From a virus (taxonomy: Duplodnaviria > Caudoviricetes): a stretch of DNA of 64,000 bases. The translations under genes and the position numbers were made by a program. The notes under the pieces were generated by a model. The model ran no database searches. It had not been told where the DNA came from and was given only the letters and a program-made list of their open reading frames with translations. Within the stretch, counting starts at the first letter, position 1. The number at the start of each line of letters is the position of its first letter. Positions 19,164 through 29,341 of this stretch are shown one piece after another. The DNA is taken from the IMG/VR virus record IMGVR_UViG_3300001528_000285, positions 1,381 to 65,380 of that record; one strand, given 5' to 3'.

Positions 19164-19819
19164 CTTTTTATTTTTTCTCTTAACTTCAATGTATTCTTGT
19201 CAAAACTATCATACTTCTCACAGAGTTTGATATAATTATTAATCTTATCAATCTGTTCCTGACTTATTCCATCTTTATATTTTTCAATAAAAGCATTTAA
19301 ATCACCAAAAGCATGTTTAGTATTAAGGAACACATTTCGTTCATGAACTTCTTCATGAACAGTTTTAGAGAGCATAACAACTTGGACACGATTTTCAAAG
19401 TGTTCTTCAAGCATTAAATTAGCCATACTAAAAGTACTAATTTTTTTATCATGATATAGAGACCAATCTACTAAGATACAAATATAATCAAATAAAGTTA
19501 AAATAGGTCCATGATGCATTTCAATTTCAACTTTAGCATCTTCATCTTCTTGCTTAATATTAGATAAGACTTGGCAAAAATTTAATCCAATATCTTCTTT
19601 TAAATAAGCAATATATCTTGAGTAATATTTGGATGTTCTCACCATATTTTCGACTGCTTTTACGAAACCAACAAAGTTATCTAAGTTGGCAAAATACTCA
19701 GTATCCTTATAAAAAGGAAGAGTATATAAACTAGTTTCACTATCAATTGTAGGATTTTTATTTGTGCGTTTATATTCGATATTTGGTAAATCTTGCATAT
19801 ATATCATCTCCATTTCCAT
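19154..19819 (-). CDS. His-Me finger (HNH-like) protein, paralog of 12860
   Basis: C...IEMHHGP...MLSKTVHEEVH. Confidence 0.5.
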   Translation of the reverse strand: MEMEMIYMQDLPNIEYKRTNKNPTIDSETSLYTLPFYKDTEYFANLDNFVGFVKAVENMVRTSKYYSRYIAYLKEDIGLNFCQVLSNIKQEDEDAKVEIEMHHGPILTLFDYICILVDWSLYHDKKISTFSMANLMLEEHFENRVQVVMLSKTVHEEVHERNVFLNTKHAFGDLNAFIEKYKDGISQEQIDKINNYIKLCEKYDSFDKNTLKLREKIKSWR

Positions 19820-19906
19820 AGGGTAATGTAACTTTTTTTGGAAAATACATTAATATAATGTATTAAAATATTGTTTTTAGTGTAGAAAAATCACTTGTAG
19901 AAGTAG

Positions 19907-22549
19907 GTGATATTGATTATGTTAATGAATACAATCTTTAAAAATTTAAAAACACTAGTTAATAGTAGTGTTATTAAAATGAATAATATGGCTAAAGAGT
20001 ATGAAACTTTAGAATCTGTAGAAAACTCAGATACTTATATAGCAGCTTACCAAAAAACAGATACATTTGATATGTATCTTGAATTTGATCTTGATGTTAT
20101 CATTAGTACTAAAATCACTAATGATCCAGATCTTCAAATTCAGTATGCAAATAACCCTTCGTCAATACCTTCTCAATATAGAAATATTGTATTAGAAGCA
20201 CAGCGAAAATATATTATTGATAATTATATTGAAATCAATAATTATTATCGTATGTTAAATGGTCTTCCTAATATTGAAGAACCTGAAGAAGAATTTATTA
20301 AATTAACTACTGATCAAATGATTAAAGCTGAAGTATCTGATAATAATTATATTCATCTATTATCAAATGATGATATTTATAGATTGGATGAAAATGGAAT
20401 ACTTGATGATATTATCAGTAAAAATCCTACTAAGAAATATCTTAATTATCTTGGATATAATAAGATCAGTATAGTTGAAGCAAGAACTGCTAATTCATTC
20501 AGTATTTTAAAAGTAAATTTACAGGATGTTCCTGATGAATTCTATAATACTTTCTCTCAGATTTATAATCAAAATAGAGAGTATTTTATGTCAGTTATTT
20601 ATAATTCTGAATATAGTACATCATATGATTTATATGATAATTTTATGGGTTTATGTATTATGATCATGACTATTCAGAGAGTTCTTTCAAATACATTTAA
20701 ATTTGGTATTCAAAGAGAATTCTATGATTGGACATTTATTCAGAATATGTATAAAATGTATAATGTCCCATTTGTTAAGAGTTTACCTCTTGATTATCAG
20801 GTTATTTTATTAAAGAATCTGAATAATTTACTTAGATATAAATCTACTGATAAAGTTTTATTTGATATTGCATCTTTATTAGGATATGAAAGATTGAAGA
20901 TATTCAAATATTATCTTGTTAAAAAACATAAGATTGGTGATAATGAAGAGCCATTATTTTATTATAAACAAAAGAAAAATGAAAATGGTGAATATGTGTA
21001 TGATGAAAATGGAGATCCTATCTATGAAGAAGATATTGAAAGAATGTATGATCTCTATTTCCAGAGAGTAAATTTAAAGGAACGTAATATTGGATTAGCT
21101 TTACAAGAAGAGTCTAATAAACTTTCTTATGAGGAAGTTACAATTAATGATCCTTACTGGTGGGAAGACTCTAATCTTACAGAAGCTATGTATAATAATG
21201 AGTATAACTTTGTTGAAACTAAGTATCTTAGTTTGAATCTTATGTATAAAATGACAGAGATGCTTTTCGAAGTATCTTATGCATTTAGAATGCTTATTGA
21301 TAAAGAAGAAGAATTAAAACCTTATCGAATTCTTCTTCCTAAGGTATATGGTGATTCTGATTTTAAAATTTTTGATGTTGTAGTATTCTTAGTTGCATTA
21401 ATGTGCAAAGCTCAAGGATTTAAAGATGGAACTGTTACAACACCATCTATGATTTCACATATCTATAGTTTTAATTTTGATGAAGAATCTGTAGAAAAAA
21501 TTAAAAGTATCATTACTGATCATGCAGATTTAGTTGATCAAAAAACTTTAGATTATTTCTCTAATTTAACAATTAAATCAGCTGATGATGTAAATAATTT
21601 GTATATTAAAATTAGAGAATATAATGATTATATCTTAGATAAGATGAGAAGATCACAGAATATAAAAGAATATCATTTATATAAAGATATATTTACTATT
21701 TCTATGATTTCAGAAACTCAAACTAAGATGTTTAATATTACAGTCATTAATGAAGATGGAACTACAACTGAAAGACCTGCTAAAACATACTTAGAATATT
21801 TAAAATATAAAGAACCTATTCTTGGTCAATTTGTAGAAAATATTTCTGGGGAAGATATCGGTCCTATTATTGAACATGTTACTTCAGAAATTAATGGATT
21901 CATGTCTAGTTTAAAATACACATTTTTATTTAATGATAATAATAATCCTGTATTTACAGCGCTTGCAGCATTAATCAAATTCTTTAAGTCATATACTGTT
22001 GATATTAGTTCTTTTAGTGTTTTATATATTTTTGATTCTAAATACTATAACTTATTTAAAATGACAGAAGATATTCATCAGATGAATGTTAATCTTGGAT
22101 TAGATGGTACGGCAAATCAATTATATGCTGATGATATTTGTTCTTATTCTAGTTTCTTTAAATATTTAGAAAAATATAAGAATGAAGATTGGTATAATCT
22201 GGTTGCTAAATTAACTGAACAAGATAAATCAATCTTTAGAGATTTTATAAAATCTGTTTTGAGTGTATTTCATAGAGAAGATACTGTATACTCATATGAA
22301 AAAGATTATTTATCTGGTGAAATCACAATCAAAAATGTCTTAAAATTATTAGAAGTTTATGGTATTGATAAGACATTACTTGGTACAGAAAAATTATCAT
22401 TTGAGCATAAAATTAAAGAAATTATGAAACAGTATTGCTGTAAAGATATGAAAGAATTAAATGATTATATTAGTCATTTAATTGTATATAGACAGGAAAG
22501 AAATAGATTAAGGATGAGAGATCGCGTAATTCTAATGCGTGAAGAATAA
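19907..22549 (+). CDS. Large virion structural protein (baseplate-like)
   Basis: 880-aa ORF among structural genes; NNYYRMLNGLP and YKSTDKV segments recall jumbo-phage baseplate proteins. True start may be 19922 or 19931. Confidence 0.5.
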   Translation: MILIMLMNTIFKNLKTLVNSSVIKMNNMAKEYETLESVENSDTYIAAYQKTDTFDMYLEFDLDVIISTKITNDPDLQIQYANNPSSIPSQYRNIVLEAQRKYIIDNYIEINNYYRMLNGLPNIEEPEEEFIKLTTDQMIKAEVSDNNYIHLLSNDDIYRLDENGILDDIISKNPTKKYLNYLGYNKISIVEARTANSFSILKVNLQDVPDEFYNTFSQIYNQNREYFMSVIYNSEYSTSYDLYDNFMGLCIMIMTIQRVLSNTFKFGIQREFYDWTFIQNMYKMYNVPFVKSLPLDYQVILLKNLNNLLRYKSTDKVLFDIASLLGYERLKIFKYYLVKKHKIGDNEEPLFYYKQKKNENGEYVYDENGDPIYEEDIERMYDLYFQRVNLKERNIGLALQEESNKLSYEEVTINDPYWWEDSNLTEAMYNNEYNFVETKYLSLNLMYKMTEMLFEVSYAFRMLIDKEEELKPYRILLPKVYGDSDFKIFDVVVFLVALMCKAQGFKDGTVTTPSMISHIYSFNFDEESVEKIKSIITDHADLVDQKTLDYFSNLTIKSADDVNNLYIKIREYNDYILDKMRRSQNIKEYHLYKDIFTISMISETQTKMFNITVINEDGTTTERPAKTYLEYLKYKEPILGQFVENISGEDIGPIIEHVTSEINGFMSSLKYTFLFNDNNNPVFTALAALIKFFKSYTVDISSFSVLYIFDSKYYNLFKMTEDIHQMNVNLGLDGTANQLYADDICSYSSFFKYLEKYKNEDWYNLVAKLTEQDKSIFRDFIKSVLSVFHREDTVYSYEKDYLSGEITIKNVLKLLEVYGIDKTLLGTEKLSFEHKIKEIMKQYCCKDMKELNDYISHLIVYRQERNRLRMRDRVILMREE

Positions 22550-22613
22550 TATATGTAAAACATTATTTTAAAGAAATTAGTTGGCGAAACTAACATGAAA
22601 GGAATGATGATGA

Positions 22614-23483
22614 ATGAATCTTAAATTGAATGATAAATTATCCAATAGAGATGGCGTTTCTTTTGAATATAAACAGAATAAACCTTTTGCTCGAACCAGA
22701 ATTATTGGTGGTTATGATGCATATAAGGATAAGAATGGTGTTACTCAGTTTGGTGAGGTTGTTTTTGATACTGAGAATATGATCGTTCTTGGTGGTTCTT
22801 TATTTACTTTAGAGAAGGTTTTTGGTGTTGCTTCTTCTCTTCCTGTTGAGACTTTAAATAATCTCATGAATATTGCAAATTCCGGTTCAGCTATTGTTAC
22901 TAAGGCTAATGAGTTTGTTTGCTTATTTGGTGTTGGTACTGGTGGTGCTGGTGAAAGCATTACTGACGTTAAAGATGTTAAGTATTATGAACGTGAAATC
23001 ATTGATATGATCCCTCTTCGTCAGACTGCAAATGAACTTGCTAGTGGTGAAGCTGATAAGTATTGGTTTAAAAAGCAGATTGATGTTGGTGGTATTGCTA
23101 AAACTCAGTACTATCTGAAGAAGTTTGAAACTGATCCTGAGATTCGTGTTCTTTGGAGAGATGCTGAAGGTGATGAAGATGGTAGTGAGGTTGGTGAGAA
23201 TGTTTGGAATACTCCCGAATCTAATACCACTCCGATTGAAACCTTCATTGAATTAACTCTTCAGATTAATAAGAAGGATTGCAGAGAGTATTTTGATGAT
23301 CTTGGTAATGTTGAAGTTTCCCGTATCAATAGTATCGGTCTTTTCACTGGTGTGAAGGGTACTCTTGGTGATGGAACTGAAGATTATAAGGATGTCAGAT
23401 TGTTCTCTAAGCTTAACATTAATAATGAAATCCTTACTCTTTCTAAGGATTTGACGATTGCATATCGTATTTATACATCGTAA
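22614..23483 (+). CDS. Virion structural protein
   Basis: Late-type promoter at 22559-22570; high-expression codon bias; beta-rich. Confidence 0.55.
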   Translation: MNLKLNDKLSNRDGVSFEYKQNKPFARTRIIGGYDAYKDKNGVTQFGEVVFDTENMIVLGGSLFTLEKVFGVASSLPVETLNNLMNIANSGSAIVTKANEFVCLFGVGTGGAGESITDVKDVKYYEREIIDMIPLRQTANELASGEADKYWFKKQIDVGGIAKTQYYLKKFETDPEIRVLWRDAEGDEDGSEVGENVWNTPESNTTPIETFIELTLQINKKDCREYFDDLGNVEVSRINSIGLFTGVKGTLGDGTEDYKDVRLFSKLNINNEILTLSKDLTIAYRIYTS

Positions 23484-23552
23484 ATAATATAACGGGAATA
23501 GAGTCCTTTCTCTATTCCCGTTATTCAATAATTTATATACAAAGAAGGTGTT

Positions 23553-24764
23553 ATGATGGCAGTTTTAAAAGATGAATATAAACAAATGCTTTTAAAGATG
23601 TCACCTGAGGATATTACAGCAGAGTTTATTTTTAATTATTTAGCAGATTCATCGAAAAGAGAAAATGGTAAACTTGTAGTTACACCTAGTAAGATTAAAA
23701 CATATGATACCTTTGAATTAAAGAAAGGTGAATATTTTAATAAAGAAACTGTTGTTACGAATGTAGGATTATTCATTTTTAATAAGTTTCTTATTGAAGA
23801 ATCATTTGTAAATGTTACTGGGTATATTAATACTCCTGTAACTGCTAAGGTACAAAAGAGTATAGAGAATAAAATTAGTCAGGCTCTTCTGGATGATAAG
23901 ATTACTGTACAACAGATGGTTACATATTTAAATAAATTACAATGGATCTCAAAAGAGTTTAACTCTGTATTCTCTGGTTCTTTTACAATGAAAACTTTAA
24001 AGCCTATTCCTAAGGTTATGAAAAGAAAAGAGCAGTTAATTAAAGAGAATCAAGAATCATTAAAGCAAGGTGATGTTTCAACAGGAGTTAAGATTGAGAA
24101 AGAACTTATTGATATGGCAAAGGAAGAATTAAAAAATGATCCGGGAATGGACCTTTATAATTCTGGTGCTCATGGTTCTTTTGAAAATAACTATAAAAAT
24201 ATTGCAGTGGTTAAAGGATGTGTATATAATCCAATCACTGACAAATGGGATTTCGTCGAATCTTCTTTTATGGAAGGTATTAAGAAAGATGAAATTCCTG
24301 TCGTTGCAAATAGTATTCCTATGGGAGCTTATCCTAAAGCGATCGGTACACAGGTAGGAGGATATCTTTCTAAACAATTCACTGCTGCATTCCAAGGTAA
24401 TGTATTAGATACTCCTGATTCTGATTGTCATACGACAGGAACTTTGGAAGTTACAATTACTCCTTGGTTAAAGTCACAATTGATCTATAGATATATTGTA
24501 GAAGGAAATAAACTAGTTTTATTAGAGCCTGATACAATTGATAAATATATTAATAAGAAAGTAAAACTTCGTTCTCCTATGTTTTGTACAGGTGACAAAC
24601 TTTGCAGTAAATGTGCTGGTTCACTATTCTATAAGCTAGGTATTAAAAATATTGGTTTAACAACTTCTCGTGTTGCTTCTACTATTCTTAATCTTAACTT
24701 AAAGAAGTTCCATAACTCTACTGCAAATATTAATAATATTGATCTTGATAAATTTGATTTATAA
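23553..24764 (+). CDS. Multisubunit RNA polymerase beta-prime subunit, C-terminal part (possibly the virion RNAP)
   Basis: Bridge helix TQVGGYLSKQF...DCHT, Zn site LRSPMFC...CSKC, trigger-loop equivalent NIGL...LKKFH. Confidence 0.85.
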   Translation: MMAVLKDEYKQMLLKMSPEDITAEFIFNYLADSSKRENGKLVVTPSKIKTYDTFELKKGEYFNKETVVTNVGLFIFNKFLIEESFVNVTGYINTPVTAKVQKSIENKISQALLDDKITVQQMVTYLNKLQWISKEFNSVFSGSFTMKTLKPIPKVMKRKEQLIKENQESLKQGDVSTGVKIEKELIDMAKEELKNDPGMDLYNSGAHGSFENNYKNIAVVKGCVYNPITDKWDFVESSFMEGIKKDEIPVVANSIPMGAYPKAIGTQVGGYLSKQFTAAFQGNVLDTPDSDCHTTGTLEVTITPWLKSQLIYRYIVEGNKLVLLEPDTIDKYINKKVKLRSPMFCTGDKLCSKCAGSLFYKLGIKNIGLTTSRVASTILNLNLKKFHNSTANINNIDLDKFDL

Positions 24765-24843
24765 TATTTTTAGGTATACTGAATATGCTCAGTATACCTA
24801 AAAATTTAATCATAAAATAAGATATATATTATATTAATATGAG

Positions 24844-25137
24844 GTGATGAAATTCATGAGTTGCATTATTGAAAAAGATAATCTCGGAAGAATTATTCAT
24901 CATATAAGTAGTACTAAACTTATGGAAGAATGGAGAACATTTGATGATTTAGGAAGAATGATTACATATAAAAGAAATGAATATGAAATTCATTTTGAAT
25001 ATACTAGTGAAGGTAAAGTAGTTCATTCATATGATAATACCGGATATGAAACTTGGTCAGAATATAATACGGAAGGAGAGTTAATAAAGTTCATATCGAA
25101 TAAAGGAACCTATTCTTATATTAAAAAAGGAGATTAA
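24844..25137 (+). CDS. Short YD-repeat-like protein
   Basis: Repeated FDDLGRMITYK / YTSEGKVVHSYD-type units. Confidence 0.6.
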   Translation: MMKFMSCIIEKDNLGRIIHHISSTKLMEEWRTFDDLGRMITYKRNEYEIHFEYTSEGKVVHSYDNTGYETWSEYNTEGELIKFISNKGTYSYIKKGD

Positions 25138-25139
25138 TA

Positions 25140-25469
25140 ATGTCTAAAAAAATTAATGAAATTCGTACTTGTGATTCTGAAGGTCGTCTCAAATACTTAA
25201 AGATTGGAGATATCCGTGAAGTTTGGTATGATTACAATGATAAAAACCAAATGATTCACTGGAGAGATTCTGAAGGAAAAGAAGCATGGTATGATTATGA
25301 CCGATTTGGTAATGAGGTTCATATGGTTGCTTCTGATGGCTTTGAGTCTTGGTCTGAATATGACGGACTTTGTAATTTGATTCATTATAAGGATAATACT
25401 GGTCATGAAAGATACTGGTCTTATAATGAAGCAGGTTGCTTGGTAAGAACATATTCTAATAAAAAATAA
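25140..25469 (+). CDS. Short YD-repeat-like protein, tandem paralog
   Basis: Repeated WYDYDRFGNEVH-type units. Confidence 0.65.
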   Translation: MSKKINEIRTCDSEGRLKYLKIGDIREVWYDYNDKNQMIHWRDSEGKEAWYDYDRFGNEVHMVASDGFESWSEYDGLCNLIHYKDNTGHERYWSYNEAGCLVRTYSNKK

Positions 25470-25815
25470 TTTATACTATAACATTACTATAGGTTCCAAA
25501 CTATTTATCCTTGCCCTAAGTGGAAGTCTTAGGGCAAAACTCCTTTCCGTTATAGGAGAGATCATTCCGCACGATGATCTCTCCATTTTTTTATTATGGG
25601 AATGATATTTTCCCACCAGGCATTTGAAGAAATATATTGTTATACCTTCATATACTCGACAACATACTTTCTTCAAATAAAAATTTTCCTTATATGTGAT
25701 AGAGAAGATAATTCTCTATCACATTATTTAATAACTTTTTTAAGTATATATTATATTTGTAAGCATGAAAAATAATTATAGCAAAAATTATTTTAAAATG
25801 AGGTGAAAGTATTTT

Positions 25816-28800
25816 ATGGGTAAAAACAATAAAGGTGTTAAACTTGTAAAATTAAACTGGGACGAAGAATGTCAATTCGATCTAATGAGAGGTCGAGGAT
25901 TTGTTGTATCTGAACCAGCTATTACAGGTAAAGATACAAAATCATTATATGGAATTCAATCACCTCTGTTTGCGACTGATTGGGAGGATGGTGAGGATTC
26001 CTTTACAGATCGTTATAAATGTGCTTGTGGTGCATTAAAAGGAAAGATCTTTGAAGGAGAAACTTGTCCTGAATGTAAGACTAAAGTAGAGTATAGAGAT
26101 GTTGATCTTTCTTATACAGGATGGATCATCTTGAATAATCATAAAATTATTCAACCTATTTATTATAATAAACTCTCCTCTATTATTGGTCCTAAAATCT
26201 TTGCTGAAATTATCAAATATGATAAGTTCATCGACAGAGATGGTCATGTTAAGGATAAGTCTACAGATGCTCAACCGTTCAAAGGTATTGGTTTGATTGA
26301 ATTTAGAGAAAGATTTGATGAAATTTTAGCATATTATAAATCAAAGAAAAAAGGAAAGTTAGAAGAAATTAAAGAAATTGAAGATGATAAAGATAAAATC
26401 TTCACTTCTTCTATTCCTGTCTTTAGTTCAGTTCTTAGACCTATTAGTTTTAGAAACGATAGTTTCTTCTATTCTACCATAAACTTATTTGTGGCATAAT
26501 ATAGTAATATATTATGAAAAACCCTTTTAATTGCTGGGATATCTCTTTGAGATAATCAGCAGCCAAGCTTCTTAATGAAGAAGGTTCAACGACTAAATTG
26601 TACACTCAAGTGAGTGGAAATGAAGGGTAACTTAATTTATTAAGTTAGTGATATAGTCTGATCTTTATAGTAATATAGAGAAGTTCAATATAGAGAACTG
26701 CATAAGATTAACGACCTTATGTGAACATAAATGAGATAAGAAATATAATAGTATTTTCTCGTCTGCAAGACTGTTAAATGATACAGAATTGTATGAGAAG
26801 AGAAGAAAGAAATGGACTAAAGAAAAAAGAGAAAGAATGGATACAGCTACCATTCTTTCAACTATTCAGGATAAACTAATGGAACTATGGGATTTAGTTT
26901 TCGATTTGATTAATCAGAAGGAAGGTTAAAAAGTGGCCTGTGTTTCTCTTAATTGCTGGGACTTCTAAACAAGTAAAGTTGTAGATAATCAGCAGCCAAG
27001 ACTCTTAATGAGTAAGGTTCAACGACTAGATATATACACTCAAGTGGGTGGAAATGGAGAACAACTAATAATTTAGTTGAAGATATAGTCTCATCTATAT
27101 AGAAATATATAGCAGTTCTTTATTGAACGGTATAGAAGTAACGATTCTATATGAAGATATTGCATATAAAGTCGGAAATTCTCGGCGGTATGATCAATTT
27201 TTCCTCTAGATGTGTCATTATCCCTGATCCAGAATTAAAAGCTGATGAAATTCGTTTAAATTACATGGCTTTCCTAGAACTCTACAAATACGAGATAATC
27301 GCATATCTCGTTAAGTTGGAGGGTATTACAGAAAATGAAGCATATGAAACTTGGTTTAAAGCACGCATTGTATATAATCCTAAGGTTTATGAAGTAATGA
27401 ACTTTATCCTTAAGAAAAGAAAACCTAAAGTAATCATTAATCGTAACCCTACCATAAACTTATTTGTGGCATAATATAGTGATATATTATGAAAACCCTT
27501 TTAATTGCTGAGACTTCTAAACAAGTAAAGTTGTAGATAATCAGCAGCCAAGACTCTTAATGAGTAAGGTTCAACGACTAAATGTACATCCAAGTGGATG
27601 GAAATGAAGGGTAACTTAATAAATTAAGTTAGTGATATAGTCTGATCTTTATAGTAATATAAAGCAGTCCTTAATAGACGGGATAGAATTAACGAATCTA
27701 TCTGAACAAGATGAAATTATGGATCATTAATGTGTGTAAAAGTTAAATCTATTAAAAATGAATTTTCTGAAGATTATACTATGAGTTTAAATATGTTTAT
27801 TCTTAATGCATTAAATGCTGATCAACATTAAGGTCAGGGTCAATAGTAATATTGACTATGAATCCTGTGAACGCTTAACAGGCGGTGTAGAATAGTTATA
27901 TTCTGCTAACGGTAAGAGTTAAATAAGGTATATATTATATACACGAATAAGCTCTCTAAGAAATCCTAAGGTCTATATATTATATAGATAGCTGGTAATA
28001 CCGTGCCAAGCTTTAATTAACTAATACAGTTTATATAAAATATACCAAAAAAAAAATAGAAAGGAGGATACTATATGAAAGACGATCTATATACAATAGA
28101 AATAATTCCATATGGTGTTATATATAAATCAACAAATAAATTAAATGGTAAAATTTATATTGGTAAAACAGTAAATTATATTCGTCGTATGAATGAATAT
28201 AAAACAAGAAAAGTTTTAGGCAATAAAAAATATAATTATAATATAATGCGAGAGATTAATTTAGTTGGTTTTAATAATTTTACATCAGAAGTTATTGATT
28301 ATGCATTTAGTAAAGAACAACTTGAATATCTTGAAAAGTTCTATATTATAACATATGATGCTATAAATCCTAATATAGGGTATAATTCTAGAACTGGTGA
28401 TCTTAACGAACCATTAAATAATAAAACTCGTGAATTAATGTCTAAATCACATTTAGGATTAACTGAAACTTCAATAACAAAACGTAAAAAATCTAAAAAG
28501 GTTATAGCCTTTAAAGATAATATTTGGTATATTGCAGATAGTGGTAAATTATTTGCTGATTATATTGATAGTAGTAAAGATATGGTGAGTCATGCAATAA
28601 ATAAATGTATGAAAATACAAGGATATTATGTTTTTCGATATGACACTACCAAAGATTTACTAGATAAATATAATAAACTTAAAGATAAAAACTATGCTAA
28701 ACTGTATATGGAAATTAAAGAAGGTCTAGAGACTATCGAAAAGTCATTAAATGTTGTTTATATTCAATATGATGACTAAGTAGAGTACCTATCAGTTGGA

Positions 28801-29321
28801 ATGGCTGATCGGGAAGTGCAGGACTCCCTGTAGTAATATATTACTACAGGGATGAAGATATAGTCCACACTTATATGAAAATATAAGATTATGTGTTTGA
28901 TGGTGACATTCTTAATATTATTAGTTTGAAGACTAAGAAATTAGAAAAAGCATATGATAAGATTTTTAATCCTAGAAAGAATATGTATGTTAGTAGAAAT
29001 GATGGCTTATTCTCTAATGAGTTTAATCTCTACAAAGACATGACGATAGGGTAAAGATGAGTATTGCCCATTCTTTCTTAATTGCTGGAATATCTAAACA
29101 AGTAATGTTGTAGACAATCAGCAGCCAAGACTCAAAAGAGTAAGGTTCAACGACTAGTGCTTAGCACGTACACTCAAGTGAGTGAAAATGGAAAGACACT
29201 TATTAAAGTGAAGATATAGTCTGGTCTCTATAGAAATATAGAGCAGTTCTTAATAGAGCGGTATAAGAGTAACGATCTTATATGAACACAAATCGTATAT
29301 TCATTCAATACAATTGAGTAA
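25816..29321 (+). CDS. RNA polymerase beta-prime subunit, N-terminal catalytic part; six exons, 480 aa after splicing
   Basis: Exons 25816-26480, 26734-26926, 27163-27455, 27714-27822, 28896-29052 and 29296-29321 sum to 1443 nt in one frame. The product has a Zn finger (CACG...CPEC), NFSSRCVI, NRNPT and the rejoined NADFDGD. Confidence 0.9.
26481..26733 (+). ncRNA. Group I intron 1 (ORF-less, 253 nt)
   Basis: Exon ends in U, intron ends in G; core elements AATTGCTGG, AATCAGCAGCC, GTTCAACGACTA, GATATAGTCT. Confidence 0.88.
26927..27162 (+). ncRNA. Group I intron 2 (ORF-less, 236 nt)
   Basis: Same core elements; P1 AGGT/GCCT; removal joins QKEG to HIKSEILGG. Confidence 0.88.
27456..27713 (+). 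ncRNA. Group I intron 3 (ORF-less, 258 nt)
   Basis: Same core elements; removal gives NRNPTINYGS. Confidence 0.88.
27823..28895 (+). mobile_element. Group I intron 4 (1073 nt) carrying a homing endonuclease
   Basis: Inserted between the codons for NAD and FDGD; P1 CTGAT/GTCAG; GAGACTA and GAAGATATAGTCC core elements; terminal G. Confidence 0.88.
28075..28779 (+). CDS. GIY-YIG homing endonuclease
   Basis: GVIYKSTNKLNGKIYIGKT, RR, E, GYN motifs; C-terminal NUMOD1-like segment; RBS GAAAGGAGG. Confidence 0.9.
   Translation: MKDDLYTIEIIPYGVIYKSTNKLNGKIYIGKTVNYIRRMNEYKTRKVLGNKKYNYNIMREINLVGFNNFTSEVIDYAFSKEQLEYLEKFYIITYDAINPNIGYNSRTGDLNEPLNNKTRELMSKSHLGLTETSITKRKKSKKVIAFKDNIWYIADSGKLFADYIDSSKDMVSHAINKCMKIQGYYVFRYDTTKDLLDKYNKLKDKNYAKLYMEIKEGLETIEKSLNVVYIQYDD
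29053..29295 (+). ncRNA. Group I intron 5 (ORF-less, 243 nt)
   Basis: Same core elements; P1 GGGT/GCCC; removal gives DMTIGLYSFNTIE*. Confidence 0.85.
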
Positions 29322-29341
29322 TTTTTATATGGAGGATTAGT

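Noticed and set aside
25816-27474. ORFs 25816-26499 and 27151-27474 as independent genes
   Set aside because: Both end in the same TINLFVA because they read into near-identical intron 5' ends; they are exons of one gene.
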